Origin: a virus
Taxonomy: Duplodnaviria > Caudoviricetes
Length of the DNA stretch: 58,814 nt
Reading direction: 5' to 3' (one strand)
Virus record (IMG/VR): IMGVR_UViG_3300044679_000035
Span: 1-58,814 of that record
This document shows positions 17,764 through 27,010 of the stretch, piece after piece (positions within the stretch are counted from its first letter, which is position 1; each line of letters opens with the position of its first letter). Position numbers and translations under genes: made by a program. The notes beneath the pieces were generated by a model. That model did not search any database, had not been told where the DNA came from, and saw only the letters and a program-made list of their open reading frames with translations.

Positions 17764-18108
17764 ATGGTAGCGACACCCGCGGTACCCGGCGCACTGAACG
17801 TCACTCCGGTCGGCAACGAAATCGTTGCGCTGGCCGGCGCAGGGCCGACATGGCAGCAATGCACGGTTGCTCAGATCGCGGGCGGCGGCTCGGCGTGGCA
17901 GGGTACGTTCGTCCTCAACGGGTCCACGGCCGTCGTGGTGCCAAACGTGAATGTGGACGCCAATTCCGTGGTCCTGATTTCGCTGAATACGCTCGGCGGC
18001 ACGCAGGGCGCGGCGCCGACGGTGACCGCCAAAGCGGCCGGCGTCAGTTTCACCGTCGTCGGCACGGCGGGCGATACGAGCACCTACAATTACGTCATCC
18101 TCGGCTAA
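17764..18108 (+). CDS. putative virion structural protein
   Basis: Beta-rich; ends 'FTVVGTAGDTSTYNYVILG'. Confidence 0.6.
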   Translation: MVATPAVPGALNVTPVGNEIVALAGAGPTWQQCTVAQIAGGGSAWQGTFVLNGSTAVVVPNVNVDANSVVLISLNTLGGTQGAAPTVTAKAAGVSFTVVGTAGDTSTYNYVILG

Positions 18109-18120
18109 GGAGGCCGAACC

Positions 18121-19422
18121 ATGAAGAAAATCCGCAGCATTGCACTGGGTCTGGCGCTTGCCGGTGCCGCGATATTCGCAGCGGCGCAGACCGTTGCCCC
18201 GCAGGTCTCGACCATCAATCCCGGCGACCTGTTTCAGGATGTCGTCAATGGGCAGCCCCAAGCCGGGAATCAGTACGCGCCGGCATCGCTGTTCAGTGCC
18301 ACATTCGGCAACGGTTCCCCGAGCCGCGGCAATGCGCTGATCGGCGGCGATGCCACCACAAATCTGTGGCAGCGCAGCACGGCGGGGACCACCGAAACCA
18401 CGACGGTCGCCTATGGCAGCGCGGATCGCTGGCCCTATTGGAGCGGCACCTCGACCGCCATGAAGGTGATCCGGGACTCCACGGCGGCAGATCTCCCGGC
18501 AGGTTACGAATACGCCTTCAAGATGCAGCGCACGGCCTCGCAGACCGGTGTCGTGCAGATGTGCATGGCGCAGGAGGTCGCGAGCGTCAATTCCTACCAG
18601 TTCCAGGGCCAGACCGCCGAACTCGATTTCCATGCCTATCTCGGCGCGACCTATAGCGGCGGCTCGAGCCTGACCGCCTATATCGTCTACGGTACCGGTG
18701 TCGATGAGGGCACCACCGACCTTGCCTATGGCATCAATGCCGGCGGCGGCGGCTCGGTTGGCTGGACCGGGCAGGCGAATGCCACGGCTGCCGTCATTCC
18801 GCTTTCGACTGTCAGCACCGGAGGCCGCTACGCCGCCATCGGCTCGATCCCGGCCACGGCCACGGAAGTCGGCGTCGCGATCTGTTACACGCCGACCGGC
18901 ACCGCCGGCTCGACCGATTACGTCGCGCTTGCCGGTATCCAGCTGGTCCGCAACCCCGCCAACACCAGCTTCGTCAACACCGGCGTCGGGTATCAGTCCG
19001 GGGTCACGCCGAATCTCACGCTGGCCGCGTTCGAACGGCGCCCCGCCGCGCAGGAAGCCTACTATCAGTACACCTATTACCAGCAGTGGGCCGACAGTCT
19101 TGCCGCTACTTTCGTGCTGCCGGAAACCTGCACGGAAACGACATCCGGCTCGACCGCGACATGCCTGTTCGCCTTCCCCGTGGCGCTGCGGACCACGCCG
19201 ACTGTGGCCGTTGCGACTGCCACTTCGTTCGGCATGACCAAGGTTGCCGATGGGACCGCGGAAGCCTGCACGACCTTTGCCGTGATTTCGTCCACCGCGA
19301 CGCCGAATAATTTCAAGGCGACCTGCGCGGTATCCGAGACCGCGGCTGTCGGGACCATGCACATCGGCCTTTACGCCAACACGGGAGCCGCGAATACCCT
19401 GACGGTGAGCAGCGAACTGTAA
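18121..19422 (+). CDS. signal-peptide-bearing fibre/carbohydrate-binding-like protein
   Basis: TAAGGAGG RBS; MKKIRSIALGLALAGAAIFAAA|Q; 'NALIGGD...WQR...ADRW' pattern seen in phage fibre domains. Confidence 0.65.
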   Translation: MKKIRSIALGLALAGAAIFAAAQTVAPQVSTINPGDLFQDVVNGQPQAGNQYAPASLFSATFGNGSPSRGNALIGGDATTNLWQRSTAGTTETTTVAYGSADRWPYWSGTSTAMKVIRDSTAADLPAGYEYAFKMQRTASQTGVVQMCMAQEVASVNSYQFQGQTAELDFHAYLGATYSGGSSLTAYIVYGTGVDEGTTDLAYGINAGGGGSVGWTGQANATAAVIPLSTVSTGGRYAAIGSIPATATEVGVAICYTPTGTAGSTDYVALAGIQLVRNPANTSFVNTGVGYQSGVTPNLTLAAFERRPAAQEAYYQYTYYQQWADSLAATFVLPETCTETTSGSTATCLFAFPVALRTTPTVAVATATSFGMTKVADGTAEACTTFAVISSTATPNNFKATCAVSETAAVGTMHIGLYANTGAANTLTVSSEL

Positions 19423-19649
19423 TGCCCTGGGGATCTGGCAAGGAGTTCGCCGGGCGGCACAACTCCAAGCTCCATGGAAAAGCGGCTCGCGGCACCAAGG
19501 ATGTCGCCAATAAGCTGCTTTCCGAGGGCAAGCCGGAAGGTCAGGCGATCCGGGAGGCGAATGCGGTCGGCGACCGTCTCATGGGCAGGAATAAGCCCAA
19601 GGAACGGACCCAGCGGCAGAAGATGCTCTACGACCGGCTGAGGCGATGA
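19422..19649 (+). CDS. small basic protein
   Basis: 'MPW...ANKLLSEGKPEGQAIREANA'; TAATG overlap. Confidence 0.65.
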   Translation: MPWGSGKEFAGRHNSKLHGKAARGTKDVANKLLSEGKPEGQAIREANAVGDRLMGRNKPKERTQRQKMLYDRLRR

Positions 19650-19951
19650 GCCGACCCGGCATCATGGATTTGGCGCAGAGGAGCGCGGGCGTGGCCGAGA
19701 AGCGCAAGAAAGGGTGGATACCGAAGTCCCGTTTTCATCCCGGGGGTGAAAAAGGCAAGCTGCATCGCGAGCTCGGAATCTCGACCGATTCCAAGATACC
19801 GGCATCGCGCCTTGCGGCGGCGACTCGCTCGCGCGATCCTGAAATCCGCCGCGACGCGATTCGTGCCAAAACGATGTCGAAGTGGCACCACGGCGGCAAA
19901 GGCGACAAGCGGACATCTCGGCAGCGCGCGATGTACGACGGCAAGGAGTGA
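19646..19951 (+). CDS. small basic protein
   Basis: 'KGKLHRELGI...KIPASRLAAA'; ATGA overlap. Confidence 0.65.
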   Translation: MSRPGIMDLAQRSAGVAEKRKKGWIPKSRFHPGGEKGKLHRELGISTDSKIPASRLAAATRSRDPEIRRDAIRAKTMSKWHHGGKGDKRTSRQRAMYDGKE

Positions 19952-19956
19952 GACCG

Positions 19957-20505
19957 ATGGCGAAAGAGTCCGAAAAGAAGAAGCCTGAGCCGAAGGAAGA
20001 AAAGCGCGAGGAGAGCAAGCCCCGCGAGGCCGGGCACACCGCCGAGAGTCGCCGGAAGGCCATCTACAGTCATCCCCGCAGCGAGAAGCGCCGCGTGGAA
20101 GAGCATGAGGACGAAGAGGGCGGCGAAGGCGAGCGCGACGGCGCCATGGGCGAGCGCCACGGCGAGGCCCGCATGGAGATGGCAAAGCGGCACGAGAAGG
20201 AACGCATGGAACTCCATGGCGCCCATCGCGACGAGCACCGTAAAATGGCCGACCGCCATGCCGAGGAACATGAGGGCGTCGAGGGCCGGCACGAGATGGT
20301 CGCCCTGCACCGCCGTCAGGAGCAGGAACACCGCGCCATGCACCACCGCCATCACGCCGCGCACCGCGATATGATGGCGAGGCACGAGCAGGACTTAAAC
20401 GGCCTCAACACGGCGCAGGAAGGCGAAATGCCGGAGACCGGCGAGCAGCCGGCCCCGGGCGCCCAACAGGAACAGGCGGCAGCGCCAGCCCCGGCGGCGG
20501 CCTAA
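19957..20505 (+). CDS. His/Glu/Met-rich helical protein
   Basis: AAGGAG RBS; repeated MxxRHxxE units. Confidence 0.7.
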   Translation: MAKESEKKKPEPKEEKREESKPREAGHTAESRRKAIYSHPRSEKRRVEEHEDEEGGEGERDGAMGERHGEARMEMAKRHEKERMELHGAHRDEHRKMADRHAEEHEGVEGRHEMVALHRRQEQEHRAMHHRHHAAHRDMMARHEQDLNGLNTAQEGEMPETGEQPAPGAQQEQAAAPAPAAA

Positions 20506-20515
20506 AGGAGCGAAC

Positions 20516-20881
20516 ATGGCAGAGAATGATGCGGCCGCAGGCGCGGCAGATGTCACCGCAGCCGAGAATTTTGCTGCGGTGCGGACCGATATCGTCGCGC
20601 TGAAGACCGACCTTGAGGCGCTGGAGGATCGTGTCGCCAAGCTGGAGCAGGCACCGAAGGCGGCGTCAGGGTCGAATGGCACCGCTGTCGGCGGCATCGT
20701 CACCTACACCGGCGACGAATCGAACGGCGGCACCAGCCATCCCGCGATGGTCACAGGCGTCGACGACAAGGGGAATGCCAATCTGATCGTTTTCTTCGAT
20801 GGTTCGCCGCCTGGCGTCCGCAAGGGCGTCGCGCGGAAGAACGATCATGGCGACCAGACCAGTTATTGGTCCGCGGGCTGA
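20516..20881 (+). CDS. hypothetical protein with coiled coil
   Basis: AAAGGAG RBS; heptad 'IVALKTDLEALEDRVAKLE'. Confidence 0.7.
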   Translation: MAENDAAAGAADVTAAENFAAVRTDIVALKTDLEALEDRVAKLEQAPKAASGSNGTAVGGIVTYTGDESNGGTSHPAMVTGVDDKGNANLIVFFDGSPPGVRKGVARKNDHGDQTSYWSAG

Positions 20882-20887
20882 TTCGCC

Positions 20888-21211
20888 GTGGGCTGGAGCC
20901 GCCTTGTATCGGTCGAATTGACGGACGAGGAAAAGCTCGACGCCAATCTTCCGCCGGCGCTCGCGGATATGCCCGACTATCCTTACGGGCTCCGCATCTC
21001 GCTTGACCAGCGCACGCTCGCCAAGCTCGAGCTTGAGCCTGATTGCGAGGTCGGCGACTACCTCGACATGCGCTGCTTCGGCCGCGTGATGTCGGTCTCG
21101 ATCAATGACCATCCCGATGGCAAGAGATGCTGCGTCGAAATCCAGATAGAGCAGATCGCCATCGAGAATGAATCCGACGAAGAGCCGGAGCCAACCTACC
21201 GCAGGGAGTAA
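20888..21211 (+). CDS. capsid staple-like protein (epsilon15 gp10-like)
   Basis: 'PDYPYGLRISLD...LAKL...VGD...VMSVS...VEIQIEQI'. Confidence 0.65.
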   Translation: MGWSRLVSVELTDEEKLDANLPPALADMPDYPYGLRISLDQRTLAKLELEPDCEVGDYLDMRCFGRVMSVSINDHPDGKRCCVEIQIEQIAIENESDEEPEPTYRRE

Positions 21212-21215
21212 TCGC

Positions 21216-24200
21216 ATGTTTCGCAAGGGCGGCACGCTGGCAATGGGCGGCATCGTGGCCGCCTTTCTCGCATTTTGCGGTGTCGCTTTCGGCCAGGGTG
21301 CGATTCTTCAGGGCGGCCCGGTCACGGCTTCTCACCCCGTTGTTTGGTATTATAGCGGTCTTGTCGGAGATCCAGGCAACGCCGCCGGCTTCGGCCCCAA
21401 CGGCGTCGCCGGCGTCGGCATCTCCGAGCTTCTGCTGGTCCACCAGGGCACCGGGACGCCGCCCTATGCCAATGTCGGCACCGGCCCGATGTACGCGACG
21501 AATTGCGGCTATGACGGCCCGGTCAGCAGCGGCAGCGGCTATCACTACCTCTGCCTCGATCCGAATGCGAACGGCGGCGGCCTCATTGAATACGGCTACT
21601 CACCCCCGGCTACGCCGCTTCCCCTGAACCTGTGCGTCAATGGGAGTTGCACGGTTCTCCCGCAATCCGGTGGCAGCGGCTCGACCCCGGCTACACGCCA
21701 GATCACGACCGGGAACGTCGACACCGCCACGACGACCGACAATCAGATCCAGTGGGCCAGCGCATCCCCCGGCTTCAAGATCGAAAATCTGTACGGATGC
21801 GGGCCGACCACGAAGGGTTTGTGGCTCAACGTCTCGGACGAAGAAGGCACCGCAGCGCTCTATCCGATCATGCTGGTTGCCGGGGCCGGAAATACAGTCG
21901 CGGGCACCTCGACGGCCATGATCGCGACTACGCTGGCTGGAACTCGAATTTCCTGCGACGGAATCTCGAACTGGACGGCCTCCCCGGTCAATCCGAACAC
22001 GATGACGGAGTGGATCAACCCGGTTTCGCAATACGGCGCGATCGGCGACGAAGATGATTCCTACCATTGCTCGTGGACTTCGCAGCTTACCTGTCCGGGC
22101 AAGAACATCGCGTATTTCACCGGCACCAAGATCGTGGACATCGGCTATGCCGGCCCGGGCTACGGCGCCTATGTCGGCACCGCAACATGGAACAGCCAGC
22201 ACGTTCTCAATCTGAGCCCGACCCCGACGACGGCGGGACCACTCATCCACGTCACCGCGATCGGGCTCACCACGGCAACGGGCATCGGTTATCTGGTCGG
22301 CGATGAAGTCGGCATGGACTGCGGTTCCGGCTGCACGCAATTTAATCAGTCCACCGGCTATGTCAGCGAGATCGGGTTTTACAACGACAACGCATCGGGA
22401 CATCTGCCGACCGTCGCTGCGGCGGGCACGGGAGGGGTGGACAATGCCAGTTGCACCGTCATTGCGAACGGTAACGGCACTTCGGCTGACGGCTACGCGC
22501 TCCAAGGAAATTACATTCAAGTCAACGTCGTCCTAAATTCCTCCGGCAATCTCGGCAGTGGTGCCACGATCAGTTCCTACGCCAATGCGAGCACTCTCTA
22601 TACCGCGAACATGGCCTCTCCCGCTGACGAGCCGGTCAGTGCCGGAACCTGCACCGGCCTGACCGGGGCCGCGCTGAATTTCGAGCCCTCGGGAATTCCG
22701 GTCACCTTCGCCTTCAATATCAAGGCCAACGACATCACGACCGGATTCTATTCGGCGATCGGATGCGCGAGCACGGCGACGGCGCTCGATACGCTATCCG
22801 GCGCCGGTTCCGGTGCGACAGCGGAATGCAACGCCGCGACTTCGGACGCCCGCTGGTGCACCGACAACACGACGGCGTTCGCGAATGTCATCGCCGCGGC
22901 CAACAATCAGTCCGCGCTGAATCGTCCCTTCCGGGTCCACACCCCGGCCGGCGGTTACTGCCTGAAGCCGACGCTTACCCCGATCAACGGCTACGGCAAT
23001 TTCGAGGGCGAAGGTCACAACCACACCGTATTTTTCCTGATCGCAAACACGGCCGGAGACTGGCCGGCCACGCTCGATTCGAATCAGAACGGCTCCCTGC
23101 AAAATCAGGGCGGCACCATGACCTATGGCGACGAAGTCAACCCGAACCGCGGCGGCGAGCATTTCGGCGGGTACACCGTCATCGGCGACTGGTCCAGCGC
23201 GGCGACGCAAAACGCTCTGATGAACTACGGCCCGACTGACTGGATGCACGTTTATGACTACGAGGCGTATTACGTGCATGGGCGTTGCTGGGGCGTCGGG
23301 GCAGATGGCCCGTACCCGACCGGCAAAGGCAGCGTCCGTGAAAGCGACGCTCAGGATGTCCGCTTCGAGGACTGCGGCGCGCCCGGAATCCCGCCGCTCG
23401 ATATCGTGAGCCTGGGCCAGATCTACGGCCCCAACAATCTGCACTTCCGCAATGTCCGCGTCTTCGATCCCCACGGCCCCGGGCAGGCATATCGTTCCTG
23501 CGGCAACAGTGACCCGGCGCATATCATCACGTGGGACGATTCCCACATCGAACTGTCCTCCATGAGCGGGACATCGCTGGTCGCGGACGGTCTGCAGCTT
23601 GGCGACGCGAATTGCCCCAACGAGTCTTTTCCGGCGGTCGGCGGCGGCTCCTACACGCCGTCGAGCTCTCCGAGTCCCGGCATCGCCAGCTTCATCGGCG
23701 CCGGCGATACTTTCAGCAACATACCTGCTGGTTACGGCGCTACGGCGGGCACCACGGCGGCCGTCCATGTCTACAAGGGAGCCAACAATTCCAATATCAT
23801 ACTTTCCGGAACCATTGGCGCCGCAGGCGGAGCGGCCGGAGGCGGCGTCTATTTCGATGGCGGCAACAAGAGCACGTTCAGGTTCCAGTCCAACGGCGCC
23901 AGCGATTATCAATGGAGGGCCGGGACATCGCTGAGTTCGACCAATGTCGGCCCCGGCGTCACATATGATTGCGGCTATCTGGGCTGCCCGCTGTCGCAGC
24001 TCGTCGAAACCGACGCGCAGCCCGGAGGCGCCAATCCACTGTCATTTCCAATGTACAGCAATGCCCTGAACCATCCCCTTGGCCTGATGTGGTCGCAGAC
24101 GGTCGGTGTCGCCAACGCGACGAGTGGCGGCCAGACGATGTTTGGCACCGGGATCGGTTCGAGGGGGTTCGGACCCAATTACCCGGTTGTCGGCACCCTG

Positions 24201-24575
24201 TTCGAGACCAAGGCGTTCGGGACCTATTCGACAGCCGCATCGCCGGGGACCACAACCTTCGCCGTCAGTCTCGGCGGGACGACGTTGCTGAACTGGCCCA
24301 CCCTGGCGCTGGGCAATTCGCAGACCACGGTGCCGTGGTCTCTCTACGCGACCTGCACGTTCACGGCTGTCGGCATCGCGGCCACCGCAAATTGCTGGGG
24401 CACCGTCAGCGCGTCTGGTGCCGCGACGGTGCCGTTCTTCGAGGCCGCATCCGTGACCGGTCTCAATACGACCACGATCATCGGCGCCACTCTTAACCTG
24501 AAAACGACATGGAACGCCTACGCGAGCGGGGATACCATCATCTGGAATAATGGCGGCATCTGGGTGCCGAATTAA
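21216..24575 (+). CDS. large tailspike-like protein with beta-helix (pectate-lyase-like) region and N-terminal signal peptide
   Basis: GGGAG RBS at ATG 21216; 'YGAIGD', 'TDNTTAF', 'VHTPAGGY' tailspike motifs; Gly/Thr/Ser/Cys-rich. Confidence 0.7.
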   Translation: MFRKGGTLAMGGIVAAFLAFCGVAFGQGAILQGGPVTASHPVVWYYSGLVGDPGNAAGFGPNGVAGVGISELLLVHQGTGTPPYANVGTGPMYATNCGYDGPVSSGSGYHYLCLDPNANGGGLIEYGYSPPATPLPLNLCVNGSCTVLPQSGGSGSTPATRQITTGNVDTATTTDNQIQWASASPGFKIENLYGCGPTTKGLWLNVSDEEGTAALYPIMLVAGAGNTVAGTSTAMIATTLAGTRISCDGISNWTASPVNPNTMTEWINPVSQYGAIGDEDDSYHCSWTSQLTCPGKNIAYFTGTKIVDIGYAGPGYGAYVGTATWNSQHVLNLSPTPTTAGPLIHVTAIGLTTATGIGYLVGDEVGMDCGSGCTQFNQSTGYVSEIGFYNDNASGHLPTVAAAGTGGVDNASCTVIANGNGTSADGYALQGNYIQVNVVLNSSGNLGSGATISSYANASTLYTANMASPADEPVSAGTCTGLTGAALNFEPSGIPVTFAFNIKANDITTGFYSAIGCASTATALDTLSGAGSGATAECNAATSDARWCTDNTTAFANVIAAANNQSALNRPFRVHTPAGGYCLKPTLTPINGYGNFEGEGHNHTVFFLIANTAGDWPATLDSNQNGSLQNQGGTMTYGDEVNPNRGGEHFGGYTVIGDWSSAATQNALMNYGPTDWMHVYDYEAYYVHGRCWGVGADGPYPTGKGSVRESDAQDVRFEDCGAPGIPPLDIVSLGQIYGPNNLHFRNVRVFDPHGPGQAYRSCGNSDPAHIITWDDSHIELSSMSGTSLVADGLQLGDANCPNESFPAVGGGSYTPSSSPSPGIASFIGAGDTFSNIPAGYGATAGTTAAVHVYKGANNSNIILSGTIGAAGGAAGGGVYFDGGNKSTFRFQSNGASDYQWRAGTSLSSTNVGPGVTYDCGYLGCPLSQLVETDAQPGGANPLSFPMYSNALNHPLGLMWSQTVGVANATSGGQTMFGTGIGSRGFGPNYPVVGTLFETKAFGTYSTAASPGTTTFAVSLGGTTLLNWPTLALGNSQTTVPWSLYATCTFTAVGIAATANCWGTVSASGAATVPFFEAASVTGLNTTTIIGATLNLKTTWNAYASGDTIIWNNGGIWVPN

Positions 24576-25145
24576 ATGCTCGGCGAAACGCCTCTCACGC
24601 TCGTTAATCGGGCCATCCAACTCTTTGGTGACGACCAGCCGCCGGTCACGGGCACCTACCCGGATTTCGACAGCAGCCCGGCGGGCGTTGCCGCTGCGCA
24701 ACTCTATTTGCCCTGCGTGCAGACCGTGGCGAAGCGGTGGGGCTGGGATTACGCCCGCAGCGTCGTTGCCCTCGTCCTGACCGGCAACACGGCCCCCTAC
24801 GGCATCGCCTACGAATATGCCTACCCCACGAACGGCATCGAAATCGGCGACCTTTTCCCTGCCGCGCCGGACCCCAATAATCCGCTGCCGGTGAATCACA
24901 CGGTCGGCAACGTGATGGTCGCGGGGGTCCCGACCAAGGTGATCTGGACCAATCTGCAGAACGCGAACGCATCCATGACCGCGCAGCCGCCGCCCGCGCT
25001 GTGGGATGCAGACTTTGCCGAATCAGTGGTACGGTTGCTGGCATCGGAGATGGCTATGGCGATCGCAGGGCGTCCGCAGACCGGTTCGCAGCTCATCGGA
25101 GAAGCCGACAGCTTTGCCACGGCGGCGGAGGGCAGACCTGGATGA
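24576..25145 (+). CDS. tail adaptor / tubular protein A paralog 1
   Basis: 'LVNRAIQLFG...WGWDYAR...YEYAYP...WDADFAESVVRLLASEMA'. Confidence 0.75.
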   Translation: MLGETPLTLVNRAIQLFGDDQPPVTGTYPDFDSSPAGVAAAQLYLPCVQTVAKRWGWDYARSVVALVLTGNTAPYGIAYEYAYPTNGIEIGDLFPAAPDPNNPLPVNHTVGNVMVAGVPTKVIWTNLQNANASMTAQPPPALWDADFAESVVRLLASEMAMAIAGRPQTGSQLIGEADSFATAAEGRPG

Positions 25146-25147
25146 GC
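25113..25147 (+). repeat. 35-bp direct repeat copy 1 (copy 2 at 25657-25691)
   Basis: TTTGCCACGGCGGCGGAGGGCAG(A/G)CC(T/G)GGATGAGC, 33/35 identical. Confidence 0.9.
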
Positions 25148-25648
25148 GCGGCATCTGGCGACCTTTTCATGGGCCGCGCGGCCATCGTCTCTGGTGACGG
25201 CAAATACCGCTACCTTCTGCATCGTGTATGGGACGCCGGCAAGCCGCGCGCGCTATTCGTCATGCTCAATCCGTCCACAGCGGACGCCGAGATTGATGAT
25301 CCGACGATTCGGTCCTGCATTCGGCTATCGAAATCTTGGGGTTACGGCAGTTTCGAGGTCGTGAATCTCTATGCCTTTCGCGCGACAGACCCGCGCGCCC
25401 TTGCGCGGGAACCGTTTCCGGTGGGGCCAGACAACAGTGGGGCGCAGGATGCCGCCATCGAGCGCTGCGATGTTGTTATTTGCGCATGGGGCGCGCATGA
25501 AATAGACACGGCGTTGGCGCGCGACCTCTACGACCGCGCCACTCTCCACCACCCCGTTTGTTATTGTCTCGGAACAACCAAATCTGGCGCCCCAAAGCAT
25601 CCGCTCTATATTGCGACAGGGGCTCCATTGGTGGAGTATCGGGCATGA
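25142..25648 (+). CDS. DUF1643-family protein
   Basis: 'YRYLL.R.W...FVMLNPSTAD...DDPTIR.C...VVNLYAFRATDP...AWG...G.PKHPLY'. Confidence 0.85.
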   Translation: MSAASGDLFMGRAAIVSGDGKYRYLLHRVWDAGKPRALFVMLNPSTADAEIDDPTIRSCIRLSKSWGYGSFEVVNLYAFRATDPRALAREPFPVGPDNSGAQDAAIERCDVVICAWGAHEIDTALARDLYDRATLHHPVCYCLGTTKSGAPKHPLYIATGAPLVEYRA

Positions 25649-25689
25649 CCAGCGTTTTTGCCACGGCGGCGGAGGGCAGGCCGGGATGA
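25645..25689 (+). CDS. 14-aa chimeric linker ORF MTSV-FATAAEGRPG
   Basis: First 4 codons match adaptor paralog 2, last 10 match the end of paralog 1; ATGA overlaps at both ends. Confidence 0.6.
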   Translation: MTSVFATAAEGRPG

Positions 25690-26441
25690 GCAATCTTCGC
25701 CTCGTGCACGGCGACTGCCGGCGCGCCATGCGCGGGCGCAAGTACGATCTGATCATTGCCGATCCGCCCTATGCCGTGACATCGCTGCGATGGGACAAAT
25801 CTGTCGATGGCTGGCTGGAAATCGCCGCCGATACCTTGCGGCCAAGCGGCTCGCTGTGGCTGTTCGGCTCCATGCGCTCCCTGATGGCGTCAGCCGTCGA
25901 GGTCGCAAATGCCGGGCTGCGCTACGCCCAAGATATCGTTTGGGAAAAGCACAACGGAAGCGCATTTCACGCGGACAGGTTCAAGCGCGTTCACGAACAT
26001 GTCGTACAGTTTTATCGCGCGGACTCACCGTGGGCTGGCGTTTGGAATGAGGTTCAGACCACGCCGGACGCAATGGCGCGCATCGTCAAACGGCGGAAGC
26101 GACAACCTTCGCACCTTGGCGAGATCAACGAGAATGGCTCGGGCTACGAGTCGATCGACGGTGGTCCGCGCATCATGCGGTCGGTTATCTATGTGCGGTC
26201 GTGCCACGGCCACGCAATCCATCCCACGGAGAAGCCTGTCGATCTTCTCGAAATCTTGATCCGGACATCGTGTCCGCCGGACGGTCTCGTCGGGGACTTC
26301 TTCGCGGGCTCCGCCGCGACAGCAGAAGCCTGCAGTCGCGCAGGGCGGCATTATCTCGGAGCCGAAATTGACGCGGACTACCATGGCGCCGCGATGGAGA
26401 GATTACGTTCGTCGCTATTTACCGGAGGCGCGGTGGCATGA
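25686..26441 (+). CDS. beta-class N6A/N4C DNA methyltransferase
   Basis: Motif IV 'ADPPY', 'HPTEKP', motif I 'DFFAGS'. Confidence 0.9.
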   Translation: MSNLRLVHGDCRRAMRGRKYDLIIADPPYAVTSLRWDKSVDGWLEIAADTLRPSGSLWLFGSMRSLMASAVEVANAGLRYAQDIVWEKHNGSAFHADRFKRVHEHVVQFYRADSPWAGVWNEVQTTPDAMARIVKRRKRQPSHLGEINENGSGYESIDGGPRIMRSVIYVRSCHGHAIHPTEKPVDLLEILIRTSCPPDGLVGDFFAGSAATAEACSRAGRHYLGAEIDADYHGAAMERLRSSLFTGGAVA

Positions 26442-27007
26442 CCAGCGTTCTTCAGAGCCCGGAGGACATCTGCAACGCTGCCCTGGTCCGTCTCGGCTAC
26501 AAGAAAACCATCGGCAATATCTACGAAGGTTCGATGGCCTCGCGGATATTTCTGCGCATCTACGGCCAGACCCGCGACGCCCAGCTGCGCGCCAGCGATT
26601 GGGGCTTCGCGGAAGGCATCGCGGCAGGTGTGGTGGCGGGGATCGCACCGTTCCCGTGGCTGTACCAGTATGCCTATCCCGGCGACTGCCTGAAGGTCCG
26701 CGACATCTTCAATCAGCAGTCCTATGCCGGGGATCAGAACAATCCGACGCCGAACGACTGGCGCACCGGCAACGCGCTTATCAACAACGTCAGTCAGGAA
26801 GTTGTCTGGGCCAATATCGTCAATGCCACGCTGGTCTACACGCGGCAGGTCACATCGCCCGCAGCATGGACAAGCGATTTCGCCGAAGGTCTCATCGCCG
26901 CACTTGCCCGGCGCGCGCTTCCTGCTTTTCAGGAGGCGCAACTGTTGCCACAAGCAGCAAAAGACGAAGAGACCATGATCCAGATCGCCGATGCGACGCA
27001 GGGGTAA
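26438..27007 (+). CDS. tail adaptor / tubular protein A paralog 2
   Basis: 'PEDICNAALVRLGYK..IGNIYEGS...WGFAE...YQYAYPGDCLKVR...VYT.QVT.P..W...F.E'. Confidence 0.8.
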   Translation: MTSVLQSPEDICNAALVRLGYKKTIGNIYEGSMASRIFLRIYGQTRDAQLRASDWGFAEGIAAGVVAGIAPFPWLYQYAYPGDCLKVRDIFNQQSYAGDQNNPTPNDWRTGNALINNVSQEVVWANIVNATLVYTRQVTSPAAWTSDFAEGLIAALARRALPAFQEAQLLPQAAKDEETMIQIADATQG

Positions 27008-27010
27008 TTC

